Shown here: one piece after another, positions 1 to 8,852 of the stretch | How the letters are laid out: each line of letters opens with the position of its first letter | Position numbering within the stretch: the first letter of the stretch is position 1 | Assembly: GCA_036507075.1 (NCBI GenBank) | Contig: DASXQR010000196.1 | Location: forward strand, 1-34,949 | Length of the DNA stretch: 34,949 bases | Origin: Acidobacteriota bacterium | Lineage (GTDB): Bacteria; Acidobacteriota; UBA6911; JACQSX01 | Direction: 5' to 3' | Position numbers and translations under genes: made by a program | The notes under the pieces: generated by a model | Told to the model about the DNA's origin: nothing | Database searches by the model: none | The model's input: only the letters and a program-made list of their open reading frames with translations

Positions 1-109
1 TCGGTTTTGCAGCAAATTCCAGCTCCTCAAAGCTTCGGAAGATGGGATCAGCCGGCCTGGGGCTTTCCTCGGGCCGCCGGATGGTTAGCTCCACGTTGAA
101 CAATCGCAT
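1..109 (-). CDS. Possible 5' part of a divergently transcribed gene running off the window edge
   Basis: ATG at 109 on the minus strand with an open frame to position 1 (MRLFNVELTIRRPEESPRPADPIFRSFEELEFAAKP...). No recognisable motif. Confidence 0.3.
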   Translation of the reverse strand, partial: MRLFNVELTIRRPEESPRPADPIFRSFEELEFAAKP

Positions 110-286
110 ATCGGGTTAAGTTTACCAGTCTCAAAGGGCAATATAAAGCTGTGAAAATTTAAGTCTTCCATGTCTTGGACGACAATTGGAGGACAAATGT
201 TTCAAAAAAACCGGGCCAGATACAAATTATTGAAGCGGCGGGTATTTAGGGTGCAGGACACGGTCGAGTCCGATGGACTCTCCCAG

Positions 287-317
287 CCCGGATTATCCAA
301 AAACTTTCACCGCAAAG
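287..317 (+). repeat. Solitary left arm of the CCCGGATTATTCAAAAA composite palindrome
   Basis: cccggattatccaaaaactttcaccgcaaag closely matches the reverse complement of 5263-5293 and the arms at 4029 and 5081. Confidence 0.7.
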
Positions 318-384
318 TACCCATGCTTGCACCGGCCGAGAAAAAGAGCGAAAATCACAAAACCTATTTCTTCAGGGGGGACAT

Positions 385-3300
385 GTGGGTAGAGGCTTTT
401 CCATCCTTATCTTTCCCGTTGCTTTGATTCTGGCTGTCACCGGCGCGGCCATGGCGCAGGAGACGCGGGCCACGGTTTCGGGTCGGGTCATCGACTCAAC
501 GGGCGGCGTGATTCCAGGCGTTTCTGTTTCCATTACGAACGTAGAGACCAACGCAACCAACAACGCAATCACCAACGATTCGGGCCTGTATGAGGTTCCG
601 TATCTGATGCCCGGACAATATCAAGTCACAGCCGAGCTGACCGGTTTCAAGAAGTCAGTCCGCAAAGGAGTGGCACTCAGCGTTGGCAGCCGTGTCAGCA
701 TTGATCTTGTGCTTGAAGTGGGTGAAGTTTCGGAATCGGTCACCGTCACCGCTCAGGAACCGTTGCTCGACACAACGAGCGCCTCGATTGCCGACGTGAT
801 TGATAACAAACGAGTGATGGAACTCCCGGTGCTTGGCAACAGCGCCATGCTGATGGCCGGTCTGGCCACCGGGATGCAGCGCACGGGCGGATATAACTAC
901 CTGGGATTACATTCCACCATTGGCGCTTCCGACTACAGGACCGCGGGCGGAGTGGGGGGAAACGAATGGTCTCTGGATGGAACCCCTAACAGCGGGCACA
1001 CGCGCCGCGCCGCTTACCTGCCCTATACGGACGCTATCGACGAGTTTCGCGTCGAAGGTACCAGCTACGACGCCCGCGTCGGCCACACCACGGGAGCCTA
1101 CATCGCGATGCAGTCCAAGGCGGGCACCAATCGCTATCACGGCACGGCGACCTGGAATCACTGGCAGCAGCGCTGGAATGCCACGCCGAACAACGACAAT
1201 GGGGTTTACTGGGGCAGAATCAAAGCCGCCGAGGCGGCCGGCAACACCGAGCTGGCCAAAAGGCTTCGCGCCGAAGAGCGACAGCCCTCGGGACGGTCGA
1301 ACAACTATGCCGCTTCGCTCGGCGGTCCGGTCTGGATTCCCAAGCTGTTCGACGGCAAGGACAAGCTTTTCTTCTTTTTCATCTTCAACGGATTCAAGGA
1401 CAACAAAACGGAAGAACCAGGGAACAAGCTCTTTTCCGTTCCCACGGCTGACGAGCGCAAGGGCGATTTTTCACGGCTTTTGGCTGTCAATCGCGCCAGA
1501 TATCAGATTTACGATCCTTTAACCACCAAGTTTGATTCAAAAACCGGGTTATTCGTGCGCGATCCCTTCCCCAACAACGTTATTCCGGCAAACCGGATTT
1601 TGAATCCGATGTACAAGTTTTATGAAAAGCTCTATCCGCTGCCCAATAATCCTCCTCAGATGGATGCGGAAGGAAGAAATAATTACTTCAACGGCGCCAT
1701 TCCGTTCAACTGGGATTACAAGGCGCTTCAGAATCGTGTCGACTATGTGATGAATGAGAAGAATCGGATCTTCTTTCGATGGAGCTACAACAAATTCGTG
1801 GAAGACCGCAACGACTGGACATTCGAGACCGCCCGCTTCCTTCATTCCAACGCCTTGAACAGAATCAACAAGGGCGCGGGTTTCGATTACGTGCGCACGC
1901 TCAATTCCACTACCATCCTGAACGCCGCCATCGCCTACAATCGTTACTTCGACAACGGCTTGAACATCGAGCAGCAGAAATTCAAGGCGAGTGACGTGGG
2001 GTTGCCTAAGTATATCGATGAAAAGGCCGGAGACCTGCACACACTTCCGACAGTCGATTTTTCGGATTATCGCGACGTCAGCGGTGGCGTCTCCCGCCTT
2101 CAACCGATCTCCACCGGGACGCTCAAGACGGATGTCACCAGATATCTGGGAAAGCATTCACTGGTGTTTGGTTGGGACGGGCGCATGTACTACCGCGTGG
2201 GCGGGTCCCCGGGAAACACCTCCGGCCGCTTTGAATTCCGCAACGGCCTGCTTCGCGCAAACTCGGCTGCGACGGGCGTAGGTAATCTCGGAATCGAGTG
2301 GGCCGCCTTCATGCTGGGAATCCCAAGCAGCCTGTCGATCGATACGAATGATTCTTACTACATCACGACACCCTATCACGGGGTCTTCGTGCAGGACAGC
2401 TATCGTCTGAGCCGCAAGCTGACAATCAATTTAGGACTGCGCATGGAGTACGAAGGAAGCATCCGGGAGCGGTACAACCGGGGGTTGAGGGATTATGATT
2501 TTAACTATATCCCGCCGATAGCGGCAGCCGCCCAGGCCGCCTATGCAGCCGCTCCACTTCCGGAACGCGCAGCTTCCGATTTCATCATCCGAGGCGGATC
2601 AAATTATCTTGGTTTGAACGTGCCGCGAACGCGCACCGATCCGACGTATCGGTACATGCCGCGCTTCGGGTTTGCTTACTCCTGGATGAAGAATACGGTG
2701 ATCCGAGGCGGTTACGGAACCTATTACGACACGCTTAACGTCAGCCACACCACTATCGATCAGTCCGGATACAGCCGCGGCACAGGGACCACCATCACCA
2801 ACGACCAGGGCGTGACATGGAATTTCGGATATTTCTCGAATAACAACTCACCGCTGTCAGATCCATTCCCGGTCCGAAGCGATGGAACGCGATTCAATAC
2901 GCCGCTGGGCAACTCGCTGGGGAGGAACAGCTTTCTGGGAAGGAGCTTCTCATTTCTCAATCCCACTTTTGAACCACTGTTGCAGCATCGTTGGAGCATC
3001 GAAGTCGAACGCCAGCTATGGAAAAACGCGGTCTTTGCAATCGGCTACAGCGGATCTTGGGTGGGGAACCTGAACATTGACCGGAATCTGCGGCCCGTCC
3101 CCGAGAAGTACTGGGCCTCCGGTCTGGTGCGAAACGACGCTATCTCCAACGATCTGAACCGGAATCTGACCAATCCTTTCTACATCGGCAATTTTTCTGA
3201 TCTGCAGAAGCAGGATCCCGCGCTTTACCAACAGTTGTCGACGCTGGGGTTTTTTACCAGCAGAACGATCTCGAAGGCGCAATTGCTGCGTCCTTTCCCT

Positions 3301-4029
3301 CATATGACGGGCCTCACGCTGAACGAGGAACCGGCCGGCAAGAATTCCTACCATTCCCTGCAGGCGCGGTTCGATAAGCGTTTTTCGCAAGGATGGACCT
3401 TGAATACGCATTATGAGTACGCGCACACCATGAGCAAGGACTGGTTCCCGAATGAGTTTGACGCGGAGCCCGACTGGCGCGAGAGCGACAATTCGAGGCC
3501 GCACCGCTGGGTGGCAACTTCAATCTGGGAATTGCCCTTCGGCCGCGGCCGGTGGCTGTTGAATGATTCGGGCTGGCTGAATTCCATTCTTGGCGGCTGG
3601 CAGATTGGAACCATCTGGCAGATGCAGAGCGGCGAGTGCATTGACTTCGGAAATGTCTTTTATTACGGAAGCAATCTGCGCGATATCGTTCTGCCTAAAG
3701 ACCAGCGAAGCAAAGACCGATGGTTCAATACGGATCTCTTTGAAAAGAACTCGACGAAGACGGCGGCCAGTTTTCATCGCCGCGTTTTCCCCAACCGCAT
3801 GAACTGGCTGCGAACGGCGACGCTTTACCAGCTTGATGCCAATCTGCAGAAGGCTGTCGCCGTTCGCGAAGGTATGAAAGCGCTGTTCCGCATTGACCTC
3901 TTGAACGCCCCCAATCACCAGGTGTTGGGCGGTCCGGAGGCCAGTCCTACCAATGCCACCTTCGGGAGAATCAACGGATACGTCAACACGCCGCGCTACA
4001 TTCAATTTCAGGTGAGGTTGACGTATTAG
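385..4029 (+). CDS. TonB-dependent outer-membrane receptor, Oar-like, with N-terminal carboxypeptidase-regulatory-like domain
   Basis: Signal peptide ending AMA-Q; ATVSGRVIDSTGGVIPGVSV domain; ESVTVTA TonB-box-like segment; plug region (NEWSLDG, DAIDEFRV); C-terminal PRYIQFQVRLTY beta-strand. 1214 aa. Confidence 0.92.
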   Translation: MGRGFSILIFPVALILAVTGAAMAQETRATVSGRVIDSTGGVIPGVSVSITNVETNATNNAITNDSGLYEVPYLMPGQYQVTAELTGFKKSVRKGVALSVGSRVSIDLVLEVGEVSESVTVTAQEPLLDTTSASIADVIDNKRVMELPVLGNSAMLMAGLATGMQRTGGYNYLGLHSTIGASDYRTAGGVGGNEWSLDGTPNSGHTRRAAYLPYTDAIDEFRVEGTSYDARVGHTTGAYIAMQSKAGTNRYHGTATWNHWQQRWNATPNNDNGVYWGRIKAAEAAGNTELAKRLRAEERQPSGRSNNYAASLGGPVWIPKLFDGKDKLFFFFIFNGFKDNKTEEPGNKLFSVPTADERKGDFSRLLAVNRARYQIYDPLTTKFDSKTGLFVRDPFPNNVIPANRILNPMYKFYEKLYPLPNNPPQMDAEGRNNYFNGAIPFNWDYKALQNRVDYVMNEKNRIFFRWSYNKFVEDRNDWTFETARFLHSNALNRINKGAGFDYVRTLNSTTILNAAIAYNRYFDNGLNIEQQKFKASDVGLPKYIDEKAGDLHTLPTVDFSDYRDVSGGVSRLQPISTGTLKTDVTRYLGKHSLVFGWDGRMYYRVGGSPGNTSGRFEFRNGLLRANSAATGVGNLGIEWAAFMLGIPSSLSIDTNDSYYITTPYHGVFVQDSYRLSRKLTINLGLRMEYEGSIRERYNRGLRDYDFNYIPPIAAAAQAAYAAAPLPERAASDFIIRGGSNYLGLNVPRTRTDPTYRYMPRFGFAYSWMKNTVIRGGYGTYYDTLNVSHTTIDQSGYSRGTGTTITNDQGVTWNFGYFSNNNSPLSDPFPVRSDGTRFNTPLGNSLGRNSFLGRSFSFLNPTFEPLLQHRWSIEVERQLWKNAVFAIGYSGSWVGNLNIDRNLRPVPEKYWASGLVRNDAISNDLNRNLTNPFYIGNFSDLQKQDPALYQQLSTLGFFTSRTISKAQLLRPFPHMTGLTLNEEPAGKNSYHSLQARFDKRFSQGWTLNTHYEYAHTMSKDWFPNEFDAEPDWRESDNSRPHRWVATSIWELPFGRGRWLLNDSGWLNSILGGWQIGTIWQMQSGECIDFGNVFYYGSNLRDIVLPKDQRSKDRWFNTDLFEKNSTKTAASFHRRVFPNRMNWLRTATLYQLDANLQKAVAVREGMKALFRIDLLNAPNHQVLGGPEASPTNATFGRINGYVNTPRYIQFQVRLTY

Positions 4030-4129
4030 ATTATTCAAAAAAGCTTAACCGCGAAGAGCGCCAGGAACGCCAAGATATATTCTTAGTGTTCTTGGCGTCC
4101 CTTGCGGTTAGGTTTTTGAATAATCCGGG
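4029..4129. repeat. Composite palindrome (GATTATTCAAAAA outer arms plus 9-nt-period AACCGCGAAGAGCGCCAAG arms), empty form with 5-nt loop
   Basis: Arms of about 46 nt at 4029-4075 and 4081-4125 are imperfect reverse complements; loop TATAT. Confidence 0.85.
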
Positions 4130-4143
4130 CCTTCACGCCTTCC

Positions 4144-5064
4144 ATGTCCAGCCAGACAGAGTTGATTCGACGCACGGTGAGAGAGAACATGTGGCTCTCT
4201 CGCGGCGGCCAGGCGGAGGACTGCGGCGATCTGCAGGTGTACTCTCCAGCGCCCGAGGTTCTGCCGACTGAGGAAGCCGTAGGCCAGGCGATGCTGCAGG
4301 AATTAAGAGCCTGCGCAGAGCAAAAGACAGGGGACGTTGTGATTGCCCTGCTGGGAGGAAGGGGCGCGCAGGCCATGCACCGGCTGCTTGGCGAGGCGGC
4401 GCATGGAGATCGGCTTGACTGGCTTCTCTCCAGGCTTCGGGTATTCACACAGGACGCTCTGGCTCCCATGCGCATGAAGAGCAGTCTCAGTTTTGTGCGC
4501 GATTTTGAGCGGCTGCTGGGGAGCGATTTCTTCCACAAGGTCAAGAGCTTCACGTCCATGCGCACGGACCTGTTGGACCTGCGCGCGGGCCTTGCGCATT
4601 ATGTTAAAAAACTGGAAGAAGCCGGCGGGCTCGACATATTTTTTCTCGGGCACGGCCCCGAGCCGAACGATGCCTCGCACCTTGCCTACATCAAGCCGAA
4701 TTCCGGCGCCACGCTGCACGACCTAGCCGGCGTGATCCCGATATCGTCCAGCATTGTTGAGCACCATATTACAAAATTCAAGGCCGGCGGCAGCGAAGTG
4801 AGCCCCCAGGACGAAGAAGAATGCCGGCAGGCGACTCACATACTTACGCTGGGCCCAGCCGCCATTTTGAAGGCCCGTCGCCTGGTACAGTCAATAGTGG
4901 ACGCCGATACGGCGCCGGCAAAGCGGGCGACATTCCGGCGCGTGATGGAAGAAAAAATCTCCGACGACGGTGGAACGCGCGCCCGCCAGTTGGATGAAAA
5001 CCCCGGATTGTGGGTACGCCTGCATCCGAACGTGAGATCGTTGGTGCTGCCGGATGTGTTTTGA
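4144..5064 (+). CDS. Divergent NagB/6-phosphogluconolactonase-fold protein (sugar-phosphate isomerase/deaminase family)
   Basis: VIALLGGRG, VFTQD, GGLDIFFLGHG...SHLAY..P and LTLGPAAILKAR line up with the NagB motifs LPTGxTP, FNMDEY, GGIDLxxLGIG..GHIAFNEP and LTxGxxTILxA, but with many substitutions. Confidence 0.7.
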   Translation: MSSQTELIRRTVRENMWLSRGGQAEDCGDLQVYSPAPEVLPTEEAVGQAMLQELRACAEQKTGDVVIALLGGRGAQAMHRLLGEAAHGDRLDWLLSRLRVFTQDALAPMRMKSSLSFVRDFERLLGSDFFHKVKSFTSMRTDLLDLRAGLAHYVKKLEEAGGLDIFFLGHGPEPNDASHLAYIKPNSGATLHDLAGVIPISSSIVEHHITKFKAGGSEVSPQDEEECRQATHILTLGPAAILKARRLVQSIVDADTAPAKRATFRRVMEEKISDDGGTRARQLDENPGLWVRLHPNVRSLVLPDVF

Positions 5065-5080
5065 TTGGTCGTCTTGCTTA

Positions 5081-5293
5081 CCCGGATTATTCAAAAACAT
5101 TAACCGCGAAGAGCGCCAAGAACGCTAAGACCAGCGCCGGGTAACGGCCTGGAGCTTAAGGTATGAAGTCCAATAAGGATTGAATGTCGGTTTTTTTTGC
5201 GTTGGCCTTCATACCTTAAGCTCCAGACCGTTACCCGGCGCTATCTTGGCGCTCTTCGCGGTCTTTGCGGTGAAGTTTTTGAATAATCTCGGG
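5081..5293. repeat. Same composite palindrome as 4029-4129, filled with an inner element
   Basis: Outer arms at 5081-5130 and 5244-5293 surround the inner inverted repeat. Lies between convergent genes. Confidence 0.88.
5133..5242. mobile_element. 110-bp MITE-like element with 41-bp terminal inverted repeats
   Basis: agcgccgggtaacggcctggagcttaaggtatgaagtccaa (5133-5173) versus 5202-5242, 2 mismatches, 28-nt spacer. Occupies the loop that is only TATAT in the 4029 copy. Mobility is inferred. Confidence 0.6.
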
Positions 5294-5328
5294 CCTGCGG
5301 CGTAGTTCGCGTTAATCGGCGGCTAGTT

Positions 5329-6297
5329 TTATCTTCCCACTTCGGCGTTCCTGGCGATGAATGAGCGAACTTCATCCATGCGGGGGATTCCTCCGCGGGC
5401 GCCGAGTCTTTCGCAGCTTAAACCGGCCACGGCATTTGCAAAGCGGAGCGTCTGCTCAAGGGACCAGTGCTGGAAAAGCGCGTAAATGAAGGCGCCTCGA
5501 AACACGTCTCCCGCTCCGGTGGTATCGACGGCCGATATCGGATAGGCAGGGAAGCGGAGCATTTCGCCATTGTAGATGACCACAGCGCCTTTGGCGCCGA
5601 GTGTGCAACAGAGGAAAGCCTTGACCTGCTCGGATAGTTTCCGAATCGCCGTCTCGAAATCGGTAATACCGAGATAGTCGGCTGCGAAGTTTTCCGACAC
5701 GATCAGGAAGTCGACAGTCTGAATCAAGTCTGATGTGTAGGGTCGATCCACGCGGTCTATGTCGATGGTGACGGGAATCCCGTCTTCACGAGCCCAGCGG
5801 GCGGCAAGTAATGCCGCTCGCTGGTCGTTTCCGTCTATATGCAGAAGCCGTCCGGAACAGACGTCGGAGCGCCGCAGCTCCTGATCTTTGAAAAAGATTT
5901 CCGGCGGTCGATGGGAAAGCACGGTGCGCTCGCCGTTCCCTTCATCCACTAAAATGATGGCGAACTGGTTTCGGCAGTCAGCCTGCAGGACACCGGTCAC
6001 ATCCAGACCTTCCGCCTGGAGATCAAGGCGGGAGAAAGCGCCGTTGGAATCGTTGCCTACCTTGCCGATGTATTTGGATGGCAGTCCGAAGCGGCTGCAC
6101 ACAGTCAGTGCCGTTGCCACCTCCCCGCCCCCCAGGCGGTGCATCTCGCGCAGCGGCAGCTTGGAGTCGAATTTAGGAAAAGTGGGCAGCAGGCACAGCC
6201 AGTCGACCGAATTGGCTCCCACGCCTACCACGTCGAAAGGTTTGTTCTTTGCGGGCTTGAAGGGGATCTGTAGTGTCATTTTAAGAATGTCGGCCAC
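5329..6297 (-). CDS. PfkB/ribokinase-family carbohydrate kinase
   Basis: DVVGVG, GGG-VA, IGKVGND and the PfkB signature DTTGAGDVFRGA. Alternative start ATG at 6279. Confidence 0.92.
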   Translation of the reverse strand: MADILKMTLQIPFKPAKNKPFDVVGVGANSVDWLCLLPTFPKFDSKLPLREMHRLGGGEVATALTVCSRFGLPSKYIGKVGNDSNGAFSRLDLQAEGLDVTGVLQADCRNQFAIILVDEGNGERTVLSHRPPEIFFKDQELRRSDVCSGRLLHIDGNDQRAALLAARWAREDGIPVTIDIDRVDRPYTSDLIQTVDFLIVSENFAADYLGITDFETAIRKLSEQVKAFLCCTLGAKGAVVIYNGEMLRFPAYPISAVDTTGAGDVFRGAFIYALFQHWSLEQTLRFANAVAGLSCERLGARGGIPRMDEVRSFIARNAEVGR

Positions 6298-6316
6298 GCT
6301 TGGTTAAGTTCGGGAG

Positions 6317-6477
6317 TGAAGGGGACTCAGCGAATGTGGATTTCGGAATTCAGGGAATGTGGATTTCGGAATGCGGAATGCGGAATGGAGATTGATCGTG
6401 ATCTCGGCTTAGCAACTCAAAGGTTGACAGATTCCGCATTCCGCATTTCGCATTCCGCATTCGTGGAACCCCCTTCA
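6317..6477. repeat. (GCGGAAT)n/(ATTCCGC)n heptamer palindrome inside TGAAGGGG/CCCCTTCA arms
   Basis: Heptamer arms at 6331-6386 and 6431-6463. The short outer arms match the decamer family at 7503-7662. Confidence 0.8.
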
Positions 6478-6495
6478 TAACGTCAGCCTACCAAC

Positions 6496-7401
6496 CTACC
6501 ACTGCAACTCCTCGGGAAAATACTTCGACACCAGCGCCTGGTAATAGGGCATTAATTTGTCAACGTTCGGGCGCTCTTTGCTTTTCGAATAGAGATCGAA
6601 AGGATTAAAGGCGCGGACCCAGCGAAACATTGCCTTATCCTTGTCATTCATCAGATAGGTGTACTCCTTCTCCCGGTGCGCGGCATAGAAAGAGTGGTAG
6701 CGAATGATATACAGCGCTTCTTCAGGCAGGTAATCCTTCACTACTTGATACAGATACTCATCGTGGCCCCAGGAAAGATGGACGTTGCCCAGACCGATCC
6801 CTTCCGAATAGATGCCAAACCGCGTCAGGTACCTGGGATCGCGGTTGTCCGGATTGAGCTCGAAAAACTCATGAAATACAATCTTGTCCGAGAAGGCGCA
6901 TCCCACCGGAAACGTGTCACCCACGACAGCCCACTGTGGCTCGCCAAACAGGCACAATACCTTGCCCAAATCATGGATGAAGCCGGTCAGCACAAACCAG
7001 TCCGGATGTCCGGCAGCGCGAATGGCCTCGGAGGTCTGCAGAAGGTGTTCGATCTGCGGCAAATCGGTGTCCGGATCGCTGTCGTCGACCAGCGTGTTGA
7101 GCACGTCGGTAGCCTTCCAGATGCCCATCGACCGTTTGTTTCCGGGTTTGAACTCCTCTTTTTTCTTGAGAACAAAGTCGAGTGTTTGACCGGCATGGTT
7201 GACGCGATAAAAGTCTTTGACCGAGTTTCTGGCTTCCGCTTTGTAATCGCGGAACTGGGACGCCTTTTTGCCGGGGTCGGTTGCTGTAAACGGCTTGTTT
7301 TCCTCCTGCGCGGGGTCAGGATAGCGCTGGGTAAGAAACTCCTCCCACTGGTCCAGGTTTTCCAGGGGATTCTGGTTTTTCATGCTGGAATCTTCAGACA
7401 T
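6496..7401 (-). CDS. miox: myo-Inositol oxygenase (HD-domain di-iron enzyme)
   Basis: Contains the MIOX motifs [46 protein letters not shown] and [17 protein letters not shown] upstream. Confidence 0.95.
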   Translation of the reverse strand: MSEDSSMKNQNPLENLDQWEEFLTQRYPDPAQEENKPFTATDPGKKASQFRDYKAEARNSVKDFYRVNHAGQTLDFVLKKKEEFKPGNKRSMGIWKATDVLNTLVDDSDPDTDLPQIEHLLQTSEAIRAAGHPDWFVLTGFIHDLGKVLCLFGEPQWAVVGDTFPVGCAFSDKIVFHEFFELNPDNRDPRYLTRFGIYSEGIGLGNVHLSWGHDEYLYQVVKDYLPEEALYIIRYHSFYAAHREKEYTYLMNDKDKAMFRWVRAFNPFDLYSKSKERPNVDKLMPYYQALVSKYFPEELQW

Positions 7402-7466
7402 TCAGATCTCCTTACTTCTTTTGCTGTCAAGGGTACCGTTTTCCGGTGGCGAATTCCAGTGACCAT

Positions 7467-7698
7467 TGAACCGCCAAGAACGCTAAGAGCGCCAAGTGTT
7501 TTTTATGAAGGGTTATGAAGGGGGATGAAGGGTTATGAAGAGTTATGAAGGGGAGGCAGTGGATTTTACGGGCCTTGCTTTCTCTTCATTCCGCTTCGTC
7601 CCCCTTCGTTCCCCCTTCATAACCCTTCATCCCCCTTCATAACCCTTCGTTCCCCATTCATAGAAGCGCTTGGCGGCCTTGGCGTTCTTGGCGGTTCA
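7467..7698. repeat. Nested palindrome: 9-nt-period outer arms enclosing (TTATGAAGGG)n/(CCCTTCATAA)n decamer arrays
   Basis: Outer tgaaccgccaagaacgctaagagcgccaag pairs with cttggcggccttggcgttcttggcggttca. Inner decamers at 7503-7553 and about 7583-7662. Confidence 0.88.
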
Positions 7699-7702
7699 GC
7701 TT

Positions 7703-8653
7703 TTACCGGCCGGCTTCCAGCTTCTTCCATTGTGCGACGTATTCATCGACGTTTTCCTTTTTCACAATGTCCACGCCGGAATCAATAATCTGCTGGGCTG
7801 GTCGCTTTCCAGCTTTGTAATCGGCGAGTATTTTCACGGGTTCACTTCCCCACCCGAAATATTTCTGCCCGATTAAGACCTGAACCTTTCCTTCGCGCAG
7901 AATTTCGGGTGCGGGAGGAATGGTGTCAAAGCAGACAAACTTGGTTTTCTGCGGATCCACGGGCGCAATAATGGCTCGTGAAAAGACAGGCCATCCACCC
8001 ACTGAAACCCAGGCATCCAGATCCTGATATTTGTTCGTTGCCGAAGCAATGATCTCGGCGCAGCGGAGAGAATCTTCCTTGGTATCAAATACTTCAATCA
8101 CCTTGATGCCGGGGTATTTTTTAAGCGAGTCCAGCACCCCGTCCAGCCTTCTCTTCAGATTGTAGGCGCCTATGGAGGTGATGCAGGCGACTTTTCCCCT
8201 TTCACCGAGCAGCCGCGCGGTTTCATCACCCATGATGTTGCCGCTCCTGTAATCATCCACGCCGTAATAGGCAAGTCGTTTTGATTTGGGGGCGTCCGCG
8301 TCCCAGGTCATCACCGGAATGCCGGCGTCGACCGCCTTGTTGATCGTGTCGGTCAAAAAATCTCCGTTGGTGCAGGAGATGGCAATCCCGTCAACTTGCT
8401 GCGTTATGAACGATTCCAAAATCTCTTTCTGCTTCAGTTCGTCGGCTGTTTCGGACGCCCTCCAAAGGACTTCCACATTGCCCAGTGCCTTGGCCGCCCG
8501 CTCGGCGCCGACCTTTGCATAATTAAATACCGGAAGGTTAAGCGCCTTTGGCATGACCGCGAAGCGGTACTTGGCCTTTTCCTGCGGACCTTTTGATGAG
8601 CAGGATGCGATCAGACAGAATGTGAGGAACAGTAAGAAAGATTTGAGCTTCAT
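7703..8653 (-). CDS. Sugar ABC transporter substrate-binding lipoprotein (periplasmic binding protein type 1)
   Basis: Lipobox IAS-C; VDGIAIS, AGIPV.TWD, IDSGVDIV motifs; SD GGAGG. Confidence 0.9.
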   Translation of the reverse strand: MKLKSFLLFLTFCLIASCSSKGPQEKAKYRFAVMPKALNLPVFNYAKVGAERAAKALGNVEVLWRASETADELKQKEILESFITQQVDGIAISCTNGDFLTDTINKAVDAGIPVMTWDADAPKSKRLAYYGVDDYRSGNIMGDETARLLGERGKVACITSIGAYNLKRRLDGVLDSLKKYPGIKVIEVFDTKEDSLRCAEIIASATNKYQDLDAWVSVGGWPVFSRAIIAPVDPQKTKFVCFDTIPPAPEILREGKVQVLIGQKYFGWGSEPVKILADYKAGKRPAQQIIDSGVDIVKKENVDEYVAQWKKLEAGR

Positions 8654-8700
8654 GGTATGTCCTCCGCGCTTTTAGTGAAAAATTGGGAGACTGCAGGAAG

Positions 8701-8829
8701 AAAAGCCGCCTACGGCCACGTGCACAACCACGTCAACGAACACGGCCACGTCTACGGTGACACGACGTCATTCGTGGGACGTTGTCGTGGACGTTGACGT
8801 GGTCGTGCACGTGGCCGTAGACGGCTTTT
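8701..8829. repeat. Hexamer-period (CACGNN)n palindrome with AAAAGCCG/CGGCTTTT ends
   Basis: aaaagccgcctacggccacgtgcacaaccacgtcaacg pairs with cgttgacgtggtcgtgcacgtggccgtagacggctttt. Related copy at 11582-11741. Confidence 0.85.
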
Positions 8830-8852
8830 TTCTTTTAAGATCCTCCAATTTT

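Noticed and set aside
170..427. 85-aa ORF upstream of the first TonB receptor
   Set aside because: No motifs; it spans the probable promoter region and a repeat arm and overlaps the receptor start out of frame.
4043..4113. Integron attC site (GCTTAAC...GTTAGGT fits RYYYAAC/GTTRRRY)
   Set aside because: Sister copies at 5081, 7467 and 28106 do not keep the consensus, no integrase is present, and the flanking genes look like ordinary operon genes.
5081..5293. Intergenic hairpins as plain rho-independent terminators
   Set aside because: Stems are far longer than needed, belong to repeat families and mostly lie inside apparent operons. Some may still terminate transcription, but I cannot support individual calls.
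6331..7662. Periodic repeats as a CRISPR array
   Set aside because: Units are 7-10 nt tandem microsatellites in inverted pairs, with no 25-45 nt direct repeats separated by unique spacers and no cas genes.
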